The notes beneath the pieces are model-generated. The model made no database searches, was not told the origin of the DNA, and saw nothing but the letters and a program-made list of their open reading frames with translations. A stretch of 64,000 nt of DNA from Bacteroidia bacterium. Lineage in GTDB: Bacteria > Bacteroidota > Bacteroidia > UBA8524. Shown here one piece after another: positions 51,678 through 61,096 of the stretch. The translations under genes and the position numbers were made by a program. How positions within the stretch are numbered: position 1 is the first letter of the stretch; each line of letters opens with the position of its first letter. The stretch is taken from positions 1,202,074 to 1,266,073 of the forward strand of contig OZ252261.1 of assembly GCA_965249955.1 (NCBI GenBank). The letters are read 5' to 3'.

Positions 51678-52075
51678 TAAGTTCGACCCTTAAATTTCAA
51701 ACCGCGAATATCGGACTGATTAAGGTAAGTAATCAACCCCGTTATAATTTTTGATGTTTCTTCAGCCATTGCAAAAGTACTATCAAAAATTTCTTTTGAA
51801 ATATGATTCCTGTCATAAGCCCGATATAGTTGTGATTTCACTTCACCTAACGAGCCTCTTGCTATACTTAAAAAATTTACAAATTCATTCTTCCCGCCTC
51901 GTTCATACCCCTCCGCTATGTTATCCATCACCGATCCACTCGATCGATCTATTTGATTCTTTAATGCGTAATCTTTACAAAAAGAATCTTCGTTAGTAAG
52001 TTTATATATTATACTACAAAGTTCACGTGCTTTTACCCAAGCATTTATTTCTTCGATACGTGAAAAACTTGCCAT
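51677..52075 (-). CDS. Four-helix-bundle protein (23S rRNA intervening-sequence protein family)
   Basis: AWVKARELC..IY, DYALKNQIDRSSGSVMDNIAEGYER, FLSIARGSLGEVKSQL. Confidence 0.9.
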   Translation of the reverse strand: MASFSRIEEINAWVKARELCSIIYKLTNEDSFCKDYALKNQIDRSSGSVMDNIAEGYERGGKNEFVNFLSIARGSLGEVKSQLYRAYDRNHISKEIFDSTFAMAEETSKIITGLITYLNQSDIRGLKFKGRT

Positions 52076-52078
52076 AGT

Positions 52079-52114
52079 AATAACTTAAAACTTAACTCTT
52101 TAAACCTAAAACTG
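52079..52114. repeat. Heptamer array, right arm of the inverted repeat
   Basis: taactta-aaactta-actcttt-aaaccta-aaactg. Confidence 0.7.
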
Positions 52115-52115
52115 T

Positions 52116-52769
52116 TTAAAACTGCATCTCCGGTTCATCGCCAGTCATCACCAAACGGCCTTCTGTTTTAGCTTTAATTTCTTCGTGAGTTACCCCTGGA
52201 GCGCGTTCAATCAGTTTAAAACCATCGGGGGTAATTTCAAACACACCCAAATCGCTCACCACCTTGCTCACACAAGCCAAACCCGTAATGGGCAGCGAGC
52301 AGCGTTTCAACAACTTCGATTCGCCTGCCCTATTGGTGTGTTGCATGGCAACAATAATATTTTTTGCAGCGGCAACCAAATCCATAGCACCACCCATACC
52401 CTTAACCATTTTGCCGGGTATTTTCCAGTTGGCTATATCGCCGTTATCGGCTACTTCCATCGCTCCCAGCACAGTTAAATCAACACGGCCTGCGCGTATC
52501 ATCCCAAAACTCATAGCCGAATCAAAAAAACTTGAACCGGGTATAGTAGTAATGGTTTGTTTGCCTGCATTTATCAAATCGGGGTCTTCTTCCCCCTCAA
52601 CAGGAAATGGCCCCATTCCCAACAATCCGTTTTCTGATTGTAAGGTAACCGTCATTCCTTTAGGAATATAATTTGCTACCAAAGTAGGGATACCAATACC
52701 TAGGTTAACATAGTAACCGTCTTTAAGTTCCCTTGCTATACGTTGCGCTATTTGGTTTTTATCAAGCAT
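52116..52769 (-). CDS. scoB: 3-oxoacid CoA-transferase subunit B
   Basis: VNLGIGIPT, QSENG (catalytic Glu), KGMGGAMDLV. Confidence 0.9.
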   Translation of the reverse strand: MLDKNQIAQRIARELKDGYYVNLGIGIPTLVANYIPKGMTVTLQSENGLLGMGPFPVEGEEDPDLINAGKQTITTIPGSSFFDSAMSFGMIRAGRVDLTVLGAMEVADNGDIANWKIPGKMVKGMGGAMDLVAAAKNIIVAMQHTNRAGESKLLKRCSLPITGLACVSKVVSDLGVFEITPDGFKLIERAPGVTHEEIKAKTEGRLVMTGDEPEMQF

Positions 52770-52822
52770 TATCTATGTTTTTTTAATCTTTAAAATCAGT
52801 ACCTGTAACGGGTTGCCTTATG

Positions 52823-54220
52823 TTATTTAAGCCTGTACATCTGGACGTTTGAAAGCGGAAACGACTTCAAAAGTACAATCTTTTGTTGGGGAAGCTGCTC
52901 TGCTTCGTTTTTAAAAACCAAGTAAAAATCATACATCTCATCCTTTATAACTTCCGTTTTCGTTGGGCGATCAGCTAAAATATTAAACTTTTTTCGATAA
53001 AAATTTACCGAAGGTTCAAGCGGCCAACTACAAGCTATGCTTACCGAATCGGTATTGTTTTTCATTTGGCTAACAGCATACGGGGTAGAGGCATCGTATT
53101 GCCACATACAGAAGTATGAAAAATTAGCATTTACAGCAAAATAAAACAACCAAACAGACAGTAAACTTAACGTAATACCTTTTGACAACACATTAAAAAC
53201 CTTGTGCCTTTTTACTAAATCTTGCAAAAAATAAGGCAGCAACAGTATAGCAGGTATATAAAACAAAATTGCGCCTCTATCCAAGGGGTATTTAAAACCC
53301 AAAGTATAACGAAGTGCTATAGGGATAGTAAACAATATGCCTACAAATACGCCTAAGTTGAAGAACCCTTTATCGCTTTTATACCTCCAAAAACTATACA
53401 GCACTAACACTATTAATATAACTGTGGATATATCTACCAAAGGCATATACGTAGTACCTTTTTCTATTCTATCTTTATAAAAAAACACCATTGCAAGGCT
53501 TTGCACAGTACCCATAAGAAAACTTCCTTCTGAGCCGTAGTACAATTGTCCTTGACTTTTGAGAAACAACACCCAATTGAGTACGTAGTAAAGTACCACT
53601 GCATTTATTACTAGCGGACGAAGTATTATTTTTTTAAAATGAACGGTAAAAAGCTCTTTTTTATACTGCTGCAAAAGCAGTATGCCCACCATACAAACAA
53701 CGGCACAATAAAATATAAGCATGGTAAAATTTGCCAAAACGGCCAAAAGCGAGAAGTACAATGCTTTCTCAACTTGTTTTTTATCCTCCCTATCTTCAGC
53801 CAGTGCCACTAAATGGTATAGTGCTGCCAGTGCAAAACTAAACGACATACCGTAGCCCCGCATCATGGAGAAAAAATCGAGCATAAACGGAAAGGCCGTA
53901 AGCAACACCACAGTAAGAAACTGTACCTCAAAGTTTTTAAACTTATTGGCCCACTTAAAACAGTAGACCAAATAAAGCGCGAAAATTAGTAGGTTGGGAA
54001 AGCGCAACGCAAATTCGTTTTCGCCAAACAAAAGATAAAGAGGCTCTGCTAACCATGTATTTAGCCAGTGGTTATTGGCTGTATTCCCTTGACTTGAGTG
54101 CTCTGCAAATATGGTATAGCTTTGGCACTCATCGTGCGAAAAAGGAATTACCCATGCACGAATAAGGACAAAAACAAAAAGTATTGAAAGGTATAAAACT
54201 AAAAATTTTTTAGTCTTCAT
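52823..54220 (-). CDS. Multi-pass membrane protein, GT-C (PMT/ArnT-like) glycosyltransferase
   Basis: N-terminal HDE motif, ANNHWLN, EFALRFP, RGYG; many TM segments. Confidence 0.65.
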   Translation of the reverse strand: MKTKKFLVLYLSILFVFVLIRAWVIPFSHDECQSYTIFAEHSSQGNTANNHWLNTWLAEPLYLLFGENEFALRFPNLLIFALYLVYCFKWANKFKNFEVQFLTVVLLTAFPFMLDFFSMMRGYGMSFSFALAALYHLVALAEDREDKKQVEKALYFSLLAVLANFTMLIFYCAVVCMVGILLLQQYKKELFTVHFKKIILRPLVINAVVLYYVLNWVLFLKSQGQLYYGSEGSFLMGTVQSLAMVFFYKDRIEKGTTYMPLVDISTVILIVLVLYSFWRYKSDKGFFNLGVFVGILFTIPIALRYTLGFKYPLDRGAILFYIPAILLLPYFLQDLVKRHKVFNVLSKGITLSLLSVWLFYFAVNANFSYFCMWQYDASTPYAVSQMKNNTDSVSIACSWPLEPSVNFYRKKFNILADRPTKTEVIKDEMYDFYLVFKNEAEQLPQQKIVLLKSFPLSNVQMYRLK

Positions 54221-54226
54221 CGGTGG

Positions 54227-54925
54227 TTATGTACGCGGACGCACCGTCCTTTGTTCTATTCTTTTCTCGTAATCAGTTCCTTTAAAAATATGGTTTACGT
54301 ATATACCCGGAGTATGTATATAGTTAGGGTCAAGTTCGCCCGGTTGCACCAATTCTTCCACCTCGGCAATGGTAATTTTACCTGCCATAGCCATTAAGGG
54401 ATTAAAATTGCGTGCCGTTTCTTTAAATATAAGGTTACCATCGGTATCGCCCTTCCATGCTTTTACAATGGCAAAATCGCTGTCAAAAGCATACTCCATC
54501 AAATAGGTTTTGCCGTTAAACTCGCGAGTTTCTTTGCCTTCGGCTACCTCTGTACCTACACCTGCGGGAGTAAATATAGCGGGCATACCGTAACCTGTGG
54601 CCATACAGCGGGTAGCTAGCGTACCTTGAGGCACCAACTCTACCTCCAACTCGCCGCTAAGCAATTGGCGTTCAAACTCAGCATTTTCGCCCACGTAAGA
54701 CGATATCATTTTTTTCACTTGTTTGGTTTTTAGCATCAAGCCGATACCAAAATCATCAACACCAGCATTATTACTAATACAGGTTAGGTTTTTTGTGCCT
54801 TTGCGCACCAGTGCCGCTATGCAATTTTCGGGAATGCCACACAAACCGAAGCCGCCCAGCATTATTACAGCACCATCGTGTATATTTTTCACCGCCTCAT
54901 CGGCGTTGGCTACTACTTTATTCAT
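54227..54925 (-). CDS. scoA: 3-oxoacid CoA-transferase subunit A
   Basis: GGFGLCGIPE, SYVGEN, PQGTLA, ARNFNP, HTPGIYV. Confidence 0.92.
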   Translation of the reverse strand: MNKVVANADEAVKNIHDGAVIMLGGFGLCGIPENCIAALVRKGTKNLTCISNNAGVDDFGIGLMLKTKQVKKMISSYVGENAEFERQLLSGELEVELVPQGTLATRCMATGYGMPAIFTPAGVGTEVAEGKETREFNGKTYLMEYAFDSDFAIVKAWKGDTDGNLIFKETARNFNPLMAMAGKITIAEVEELVQPGELDPNYIHTPGIYVNHIFKGTDYEKRIEQRTVRPRT

Positions 54926-54961
54926 ACGTTTGTTTGGATATACGGGGCGAAGTTAGTTTTT

Positions 54962-55025
54962 AATGTGCTAAACTGCCAATACGAGAATGTGCAAATTTGC
55001 AAATATGCTGATGTGCCAATTTTTG
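54962..55025. repeat. Degenerate octamer tandem repeat (about 8 units)
   Basis: aatgtgct-aaactgcc-aatacgag-aatgtgca-aatttgca-aatatgct-gatgtgcc-aatttttg. Confidence 0.65.
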
Positions 55026-55033
55026 GCTTTATT

Positions 55034-56590
55034 TCATTCATTCTCCCCTGAAAAAAACTTCGCAACTTTTTTTATAAAAGACTTCAAGTTTTCAGAAAGA
55101 ACAGTGTATTCAGATGTTTTTTTAAATGCTTGCCAACAATATTCAATCGCTTGATGTTTATCTGTAACTAGCCCAATATTAACCATCTCACTAAATAACG
55201 CATGGTGATCTGTATGACTTAATGCTGTATTGAGTTGCTGATTTGGATTTTCAGCGAGATAAGCTTTAATTAAAAATTTTTCTGGAGCAGAATAAGGATA
55301 TAAGAAAAAACTAAATTCATTTGGATTGCCGTAATAATTTGAATAATGCTTATGCTCTTTATAATCACCATCAAAAACACAACAATAGCCTACTTTCATC
55401 CTCATCTGACTATAATTCCGTTTATGCCTTTCATAGTCATTTTTCACTTGATCAACTGGACCTGAACGAATAATATTAATTAATCTATCAAAATGTTTAT
55501 TTGTTTGATTAAGTTCAATTAAGATATTCTTAATAATATATTCTGCAACATTATCTTCACAATAAAGATTTAAGAGCGGATAAGCAAATGAATCCATACG
55601 AGAAAAAGCTGCATTAACAGAGATTTTATTTATAACTTCATAAATACTATCCCCTTTTTTATCAATAAACTTTCTTGATTTTTGATCAAATGCAGCAAGC
55701 AGCGTTGGGGAGTGGGTCGTGATAATAAACTGCTTCTTTTGATACCATGAAACATATTGTATAATATCTGCTAATTTCCTCTGAACAGAAGGATGAAATC
55801 CAGCTTCAATTTCATCAATTAACATTAATGAGTTTTCAGAAGAGTCAAAAATATCAATGAGAATATTTATTAACGATTCCTCACCAGAAGCCGCATTGTA
55901 ACTAGAGTAAGGTTCGTTTTGATAATTAATCAGATATGCTGCTTTATTAATATGGGAACCAATTTTTTTGATACTTACCTCACCAATATCAAAAACATAT
56001 GAAAAGGCTTTTTCAACATCACTCGAAACATCTAATAAACTAGATGATGATATTTTTTTTAATAAGCTATTTGAAAAATTTCTAGCAGGCAATAAGCGTT
56101 CCAAGTCAATAAGTCTTACTTCCCTGTCTCTAATTTGAGCATTTGTCCTACGAGAATCATTACTAGCTTTTCCAACACCTGTCCAAGCTTGCTTTCCTTG
56201 TCTTCTTATCGCATCCCCTTCTTTTTGTGCATTACCAATCCGCCAAAATAGCTTATATTTATATTCTCTATTAGCACTTTCATATCCTGTAAATGATAAA
56301 ACATCACGCCATGTGTGCCTTCTCCATTGAGAATCAGGTTTAGTAGAATCGTATCTTAAAAAGTTATAATGACTACAAGCTATTAACAATAAAACACTGG
56401 TTTTCCCAATTTTATTTGTCCCTGTAATGACAGTAACAGGATGATCAAAATCTATTGATAAACTTTGAATATGTCTAAAATTAACAACCTCAATTTTTTT
56501 TAAATAATGGATAAAATTATCAGAAAATGAAAAAGGTTAACAATCAAGTAATTTTTGTTTCGACTTCTCTATCTTTGTTAAATCCAACAT
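55034..56590 (-). pseudogene. OLD-like ABC ATPase with C-terminal TOPRIM-like domain and an in-frame TAA at codon 18
   Basis: ATG 56590 is in frame with the track ORF; TAA at 56539-56537. Walker A GTNKIGKTS lies upstream of the track start 56389. Also AASGE signature, LIDEIE Walker B, TTHS H-loop, YCED..FDGD TOPRIM-like motifs. AT-rich. Confidence 0.75.
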
Positions 56591-56726
56591 AATGCATCAT
56601 CAATATTGATGCAATTTAAAATAATAACTTAGATCTGTTATTATTCAATAAACAAAAACATCCTCTCACAAAAGGGATTGTCTTTTCTATTTGATAAACT
56701 CAAGGCTACAACCACCGTTCCTTCCC

Positions 56727-56808
56727 GTCATGCTGAACTTGTTTCAGTATCTCATCGCCATTAACTATAATTTATACCTATGAGATCCCGAAATAAATTC
56801 GGGATGAC
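56727..56808. repeat. REP-like composite palindrome
   Basis: GTCATGCTGAActtgTTTCAGtATCTCAT...ATGAGATCCCGAAataaaTTCGGGATGAC. Confidence 0.75.
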
Positions 56809-56822
56809 TGGCAGCACCTCGC

Positions 56823-56910
56823 CGTCATTGCAAGGTCTTCCGAAGCAATCAGTTTATATAGTTTCTTAAAGATTGCTTCGTCAGCCGAAGACGGCTTTCT
56901 CGCAAGGACG
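56823..56910. repeat. REP/RPE-like composite palindrome
   Basis: CGTCATTGCaAG...CGAAGCAATC...GATTGCTTCG...CTCGCAAgGACG. Confidence 0.75.
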
Positions 56911-56931
56911 AGATTCGTACTGATGAGTGGG

Positions 56932-56974
56932 CTTTTGTATTTGACAAATTTTTAAAATTTGTCAAATACAAAAG
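56932..56974. repeat. Perfect 21-bp inverted repeat with a 1-nt spacer
   Basis: CTTTTGTATTTGACAAATTTT-t-AAAATTTGTCAAATACAAAAG. Confidence 0.9.
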
Positions 56975-57041
56975 TGTGTGCCTCAAAACCATAAATTAGC
57001 CCTTTGTAAAATCCCCAAAACAGTAAATCACCCAAAATGCT

Positions 57042-57049
57042 TATTTTTG
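57042..57049 (+). promoter_or_regulatory. -7 promoter box (TATTTTTG) of the E1 gene
   Basis: TAnnTTTG immediately before ATG 57054, implying a near-leaderless transcript. Confidence 0.45.
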
Positions 57050-57053
57050 CGGC

Positions 57054-59462
57054 ATGGTAACAGCTCAGGTAAGCGAAGAACAGCTAACTGCCTACAAGCA
57101 GGAGGTGATAAACGATTATAAAGTGGCCTTCCAAAGCCGTCAAGCCAGCCTTATAGGTCGCAAAGAAGTACTAACGGGCAAAGCCAAGTTTGGTATTTTT
57201 GGCGATGGCAAAGAAGTAGCCCAACTGGCAATGGCTAAAGCCTTTAAAAAAGGCGATAATCGTAGCGGCTACTACCGCGATCAAACTTTTATGTTTGCCC
57301 TAGGCATGAGCAATGTGCGCGAGTTTTTTGCACAACTGTATGCCCACACCAGTGTTGAAGCAGAACCTTGTTCGGCAGGCCGTAGTATGAACGGGCACTT
57401 TGGCACTCGTTTTTTGAACGATGATGGCAGCTGGAAATCTCAAACCGATACATACAATTCATCAGCCGATATATCGCCAACAGCAGGACAAATGCCTCGT
57501 TTGTTGGGTTTGGCAATGGCATCAAAGCTATACCGCGAAAATAAAGACTTACACCAATACAGCGATTTTTCAATACAAGGCAACGAAGTAGCTTTTGGTA
57601 CAATTGGTAATGCAAGCACATCAGAAGGTATGTTTTGGGAAGCCATAAACGCCGCTTGCGTAATGCAAGTGCCTATGGCAATGTCTATTTGGGACGATGG
57701 CTACGGCATATCAGTGCCTGCCAAATACCAAACTGCCAAAGAAAACCTAAGCAGCATACTTGGTGGTTTCCAAACCGATGAAGACGGTAAAGGGCTTGAG
57801 TTGTTTACCGCTAAAGGTTGGGACTATGCCGAGCTTTGCCTAACCTACCAAAAAGCAGTTGCCATTTGCCGCGAGCAACACACCCCCGTTATAGTACACG
57901 TAACCGAAGTTACCCAACCGCAAGGACACTCAACATCAGGTTCGCACGAGCGTTATAAAAGCAAAGAACGTTTGGAGTGGGAGCAAGAATACGATTGTAT
58001 TAAAAAAATGCGCGAGTGGATGGAAGCTAACGCTATTGCCACTGCTGAAGAGTTGGACGCTTTAGAAGCCAACTGGAAAAAAGAAGTTAATGCAGAGAAA
58101 AAAGCCGCTTGGGAAGCCTACTTGGGCGATATAAAAGCCGATGTGGCACAAGCCGCTGCATTGCTTGATAATTTGGCAATGCAAAGCAGTAACAGTACTG
58201 CCATTGCTGAATTGGCAAACGAGTTGCGTAGTGCTACCGAGCCTATACGTAAAGATATTGGCACGGCTATAAACAAAGCCCTGCGACTAACGGTAAAAGA
58301 ACATAGTGTGGCACGCGAAAGCATTGCCGCCTATAAAAAACAATTTCACAGCGATAATTACGAACGTTACAGCACATACCTGCACAGCGAATCGGAATGG
58401 AATGCGCTAAAAGTGCAAGAGGTAAAAGCTGAGTATAGTGCCGATACTAAAACAGTTGACGGGCGCGAAATACTGCAAGCCTTTTTTGATGAAGTGCTTA
58501 CCCGCGACCCGCGCGTTTTTGCCTTTGGCGAAGATTTGGGTAAAATTGGTGATGTGAACCAAGGTTTTGCAGGCTTGCAAGAAAAACACGGCGAAGTACG
58601 TGTGTTTGATACCGGTATACGCGAGTGTACTATTATTGGGCAAGGTATAGGAGCAGCCATGCGCGGCCTACGCCCTATTGCTGAAATACAATATTTAGAT
58701 TACCTATTATACGCCATACAAATTTTGAGTGACGACCTTGCTACTTTGCAATGGCGCACCAAAGGCGGACAAAAAGCCCCACTAATTATTCGTACTCGCG
58801 GACACCGCTTGGAGGGTATTTGGCACAGTGGCTCGCCAATGGGTATGATAATAAATGCCCTACGCGGTATATACGTTTGCGTACCCCGCAATATGACACA
58901 AGCTGCGGGTATGTACAACACCCTGCTGCAAAGCGATGAGCCGGGTTTGATAGTAGAGTGCCTTAACGGCTACCGCCTAAAAGAGCAAATGCCCGATAAT
59001 ATTGCCAACATTGCTGTACCCTTAGGCTTACCCGAAACGTTGATAGAGGGCGATGATGTAACCTTGGTTACTTACGGCTCAAGCACTCGTGTGGCTGAAG
59101 ATGCTATACAACAACTAAACGAAGTGGGTATAAGTGTAGAGTTGATAGATGTGCAAACCCTGCTTCCGTTTGATATTAACCACCACATTATAGAATCTGT
59201 AAAGAAAACCAACCGTGTTGTATTTTTAGATGAAGACGTACCCGGTGGTGCTTCGGCCTATATGTTCCAACAGGTAATGGAAGGTCAGCAAGCGTTTAAA
59301 TGGTTGGATAGTGAACCACGCACCATTTGCTCACAACCTCACCGCCCTGCTTACGGTACCGACGGCGATTATTTTAGCAAGCCTAGTGCCGAAACCATTT
59401 TTGAAGCCATATACGATATGATGCACGAGGTAGAGCCTGCCGCCTACCCTAAATTTGCCTAA
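57054..59462 (+). CDS. 2-oxoacid dehydrogenase E1, fused alpha/beta subunits (probably branched-chain)
   Basis: GYYRDQ, GNASTSEG TPP-binding region, GHSTSG, FGED, DTGIRE, AEIQYLDY, C-terminal transketolase-like domain. Confidence 0.9.
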   Translation: MVTAQVSEEQLTAYKQEVINDYKVAFQSRQASLIGRKEVLTGKAKFGIFGDGKEVAQLAMAKAFKKGDNRSGYYRDQTFMFALGMSNVREFFAQLYAHTSVEAEPCSAGRSMNGHFGTRFLNDDGSWKSQTDTYNSSADISPTAGQMPRLLGLAMASKLYRENKDLHQYSDFSIQGNEVAFGTIGNASTSEGMFWEAINAACVMQVPMAMSIWDDGYGISVPAKYQTAKENLSSILGGFQTDEDGKGLELFTAKGWDYAELCLTYQKAVAICREQHTPVIVHVTEVTQPQGHSTSGSHERYKSKERLEWEQEYDCIKKMREWMEANAIATAEELDALEANWKKEVNAEKKAAWEAYLGDIKADVAQAAALLDNLAMQSSNSTAIAELANELRSATEPIRKDIGTAINKALRLTVKEHSVARESIAAYKKQFHSDNYERYSTYLHSESEWNALKVQEVKAEYSADTKTVDGREILQAFFDEVLTRDPRVFAFGEDLGKIGDVNQGFAGLQEKHGEVRVFDTGIRECTIIGQGIGAAMRGLRPIAEIQYLDYLLYAIQILSDDLATLQWRTKGGQKAPLIIRTRGHRLEGIWHSGSPMGMIINALRGIYVCVPRNMTQAAGMYNTLLQSDEPGLIVECLNGYRLKEQMPDNIANIAVPLGLPETLIEGDDVTLVTYGSSTRVAEDAIQQLNEVGISVELIDVQTLLPFDINHHIIESVKKTNRVVFLDEDVPGGASAYMFQQVMEGQQAFKWLDSEPRTICSQPHRPAYGTDGDYFSKPSAETIFEAIYDMMHEVEPAAYPKFA

Positions 59463-60997
59463 TGAAAAAACTTTGGGCACAAATACGGCAATACCCCATG
59501 CCCTACGCGGCAATGGTTAACGCCTTTGTTATCCTTTTAATTGCCCTGCAATTTAATTGGGCACAAAACAATAACTTTTGGGGTGATATTGGCGTGCGCA
59601 TTGCCGCTGCCGCCGTTATAGGTGCAGTGCTAGGCGTGGCTTATTCTCAATTATTGCTTATTACTTTAGGTAAATTAACAGGCCTTGATACTGCTACCCT
59701 ACTAAAAAAATCTATACTGCTGCACGCACCTTTTGCTGTGTTTGCATTTGTTGCCCCAATGCCGCAACACGCAGGGCTGTTTTTTGCCATTGGAGGTGCA
59801 GGTTATGTGGGTTTGCTATGGTGGCTGTTTATTTTCCCTCAAGAAAAAAACATAAAAAACAATATAGCTGCAAACGCCCCGTTTTTCCTTACGCTTATAG
59901 GCACTGTTGCCGCTTTGGGGGCACGCAAAGTATTTATCCCGCAAGTATCTATGGATACAGCCAATTGGGTAATGCCTTGGCTTAATTATATACAAGAGCA
60001 CGGCTTTGCTGCATACGCTGATACGTTTAACAATTATGCCCCGTTTTACAGCTATTTGCTGGGCATATTCTCGTGGTTGCCGTTAAGCGATTTAGAAATA
60101 ATAAAATACATTTCTATTGGGTTTGATATTATGGCGGCCTACTACATCCGTCAAATGGTAAAGTTGCGCTTTCCCAACAGCCCTATGCTTCCCGCTTTGG
60201 CATTTATTAGCTTTTTGTTTTTACCTACAATACTAATAAACAGTAGTTTTTGGGGTCAGTGCGATATTATTTACGTGGCCTTTAGCTTGGCAGCCTTATA
60301 CAACCTTATGCTACCCGACACACGCAAAAACAACCTGTGGTCGGTAGTGTTTTATGCGCTTGCACTTAGTGTAAAGCTACAAGCCATGCTTATAGCACCC
60401 ATTTTTGCCATAGCATGGTTTAAGCGCGATATGCGCCTTAGCGATTTTTTAATTATCCCCGCTACGTACCTATTGCTTATGGTACCTTGCCTTATAGCAG
60501 GCCGAGAGTTTAAAGATCTTTTGCTTGTATACTTTACCATAGTTGATAAAAACCCTGTTCTGACTGAAAACTCGCCCAATATATACCAGTTGGTAAACTA
60601 TAATTTTATGTTTAACAATGCAGGGGTATTGGTTGCATTTGCCATGCAAGCCATAATAATATTTGCGGTTGTGTGGAAATTAAGAGGCAAACAGCTAAGT
60701 ATTGATATACTGGCACACGTTGCTTTTTTAGTAACGCTAACCATGCCCTTTTTGCTGCCGCGTATGCACGAGCGTTACTTTTTACTGGCTGAGTGCCTAT
60801 CGCTATTATTTGCTTTTTATAATCCGCGCTATTTCTACATCCCCCTTGTGTTGGGCATTATATCGTTTTTCACCTATACAGAATTTTTGTTTACAACGGT
60901 GTTAGTACCCTTCCATTGGCTCACATTAGGCGTTTTAGCACTAATTTTAATTGTTGGCGGCTTATTACTTAAAAAGTTGGGCAATAAAACTGCATAG
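59462..60997 (+). CDS. Membrane GT-C glycosyltransferase (GT87/Gpi18-like mannosyltransferase)
   Basis: NYAPFYSY, NSSFWGQCD, KLQA, PRMHERYF motifs; TAATG overlap with the E1 gene. Confidence 0.75.
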   Translation: MKKLWAQIRQYPMPYAAMVNAFVILLIALQFNWAQNNNFWGDIGVRIAAAAVIGAVLGVAYSQLLLITLGKLTGLDTATLLKKSILLHAPFAVFAFVAPMPQHAGLFFAIGGAGYVGLLWWLFIFPQEKNIKNNIAANAPFFLTLIGTVAALGARKVFIPQVSMDTANWVMPWLNYIQEHGFAAYADTFNNYAPFYSYLLGIFSWLPLSDLEIIKYISIGFDIMAAYYIRQMVKLRFPNSPMLPALAFISFLFLPTILINSSFWGQCDIIYVAFSLAALYNLMLPDTRKNNLWSVVFYALALSVKLQAMLIAPIFAIAWFKRDMRLSDFLIIPATYLLLMVPCLIAGREFKDLLLVYFTIVDKNPVLTENSPNIYQLVNYNFMFNNAGVLVAFAMQAIIIFAVVWKLRGKQLSIDILAHVAFLVTLTMPFLLPRMHERYFLLAECLSLLFAFYNPRYFYIPLVLGIISFFTYTEFLFTTVLVPFHWLTLGVLALILIVGGLLLKKLGNKTA

Positions 60998-61062
60998 TAT
61001 TAAGTTTTAAATAAAATACGTCGAATTATTTGCGGTGGTATTGAAAAAACCCCTAAAATGAA

Positions 61063-61070
61063 TAGATTTG
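61063..61070 (+). promoter_or_regulatory. -7 promoter box (TAGATTTG)
   Basis: TAnnTTTG inside the track ORF's 5' extension; supports a true start at 61097. Confidence 0.5.
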
Positions 61071-61096
61071 TTAGTTCAAAACAACATAACCAAACA

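Noticed and set aside
22916-52075. Diversity-generating retroelement (near-identical repeats plus an Avd-like four-helix protein)
   Set aside because: No reverse transcriptase in the window; the repeats are kb-long and both coding; the differences are not adenine-specific (e.g. ACG/ATG, TCA/GCA)
54962-56974. CRISPR array among the short repeats
   Set aside because: No constant repeat with unique spacers and no cas genes
56920-57015. CTGATGAG followed by a long hairpin, resembling a hammerhead ribozyme core
   Set aside because: The required GAAA reads AAAA, and stems I and III cannot be formed convincingly
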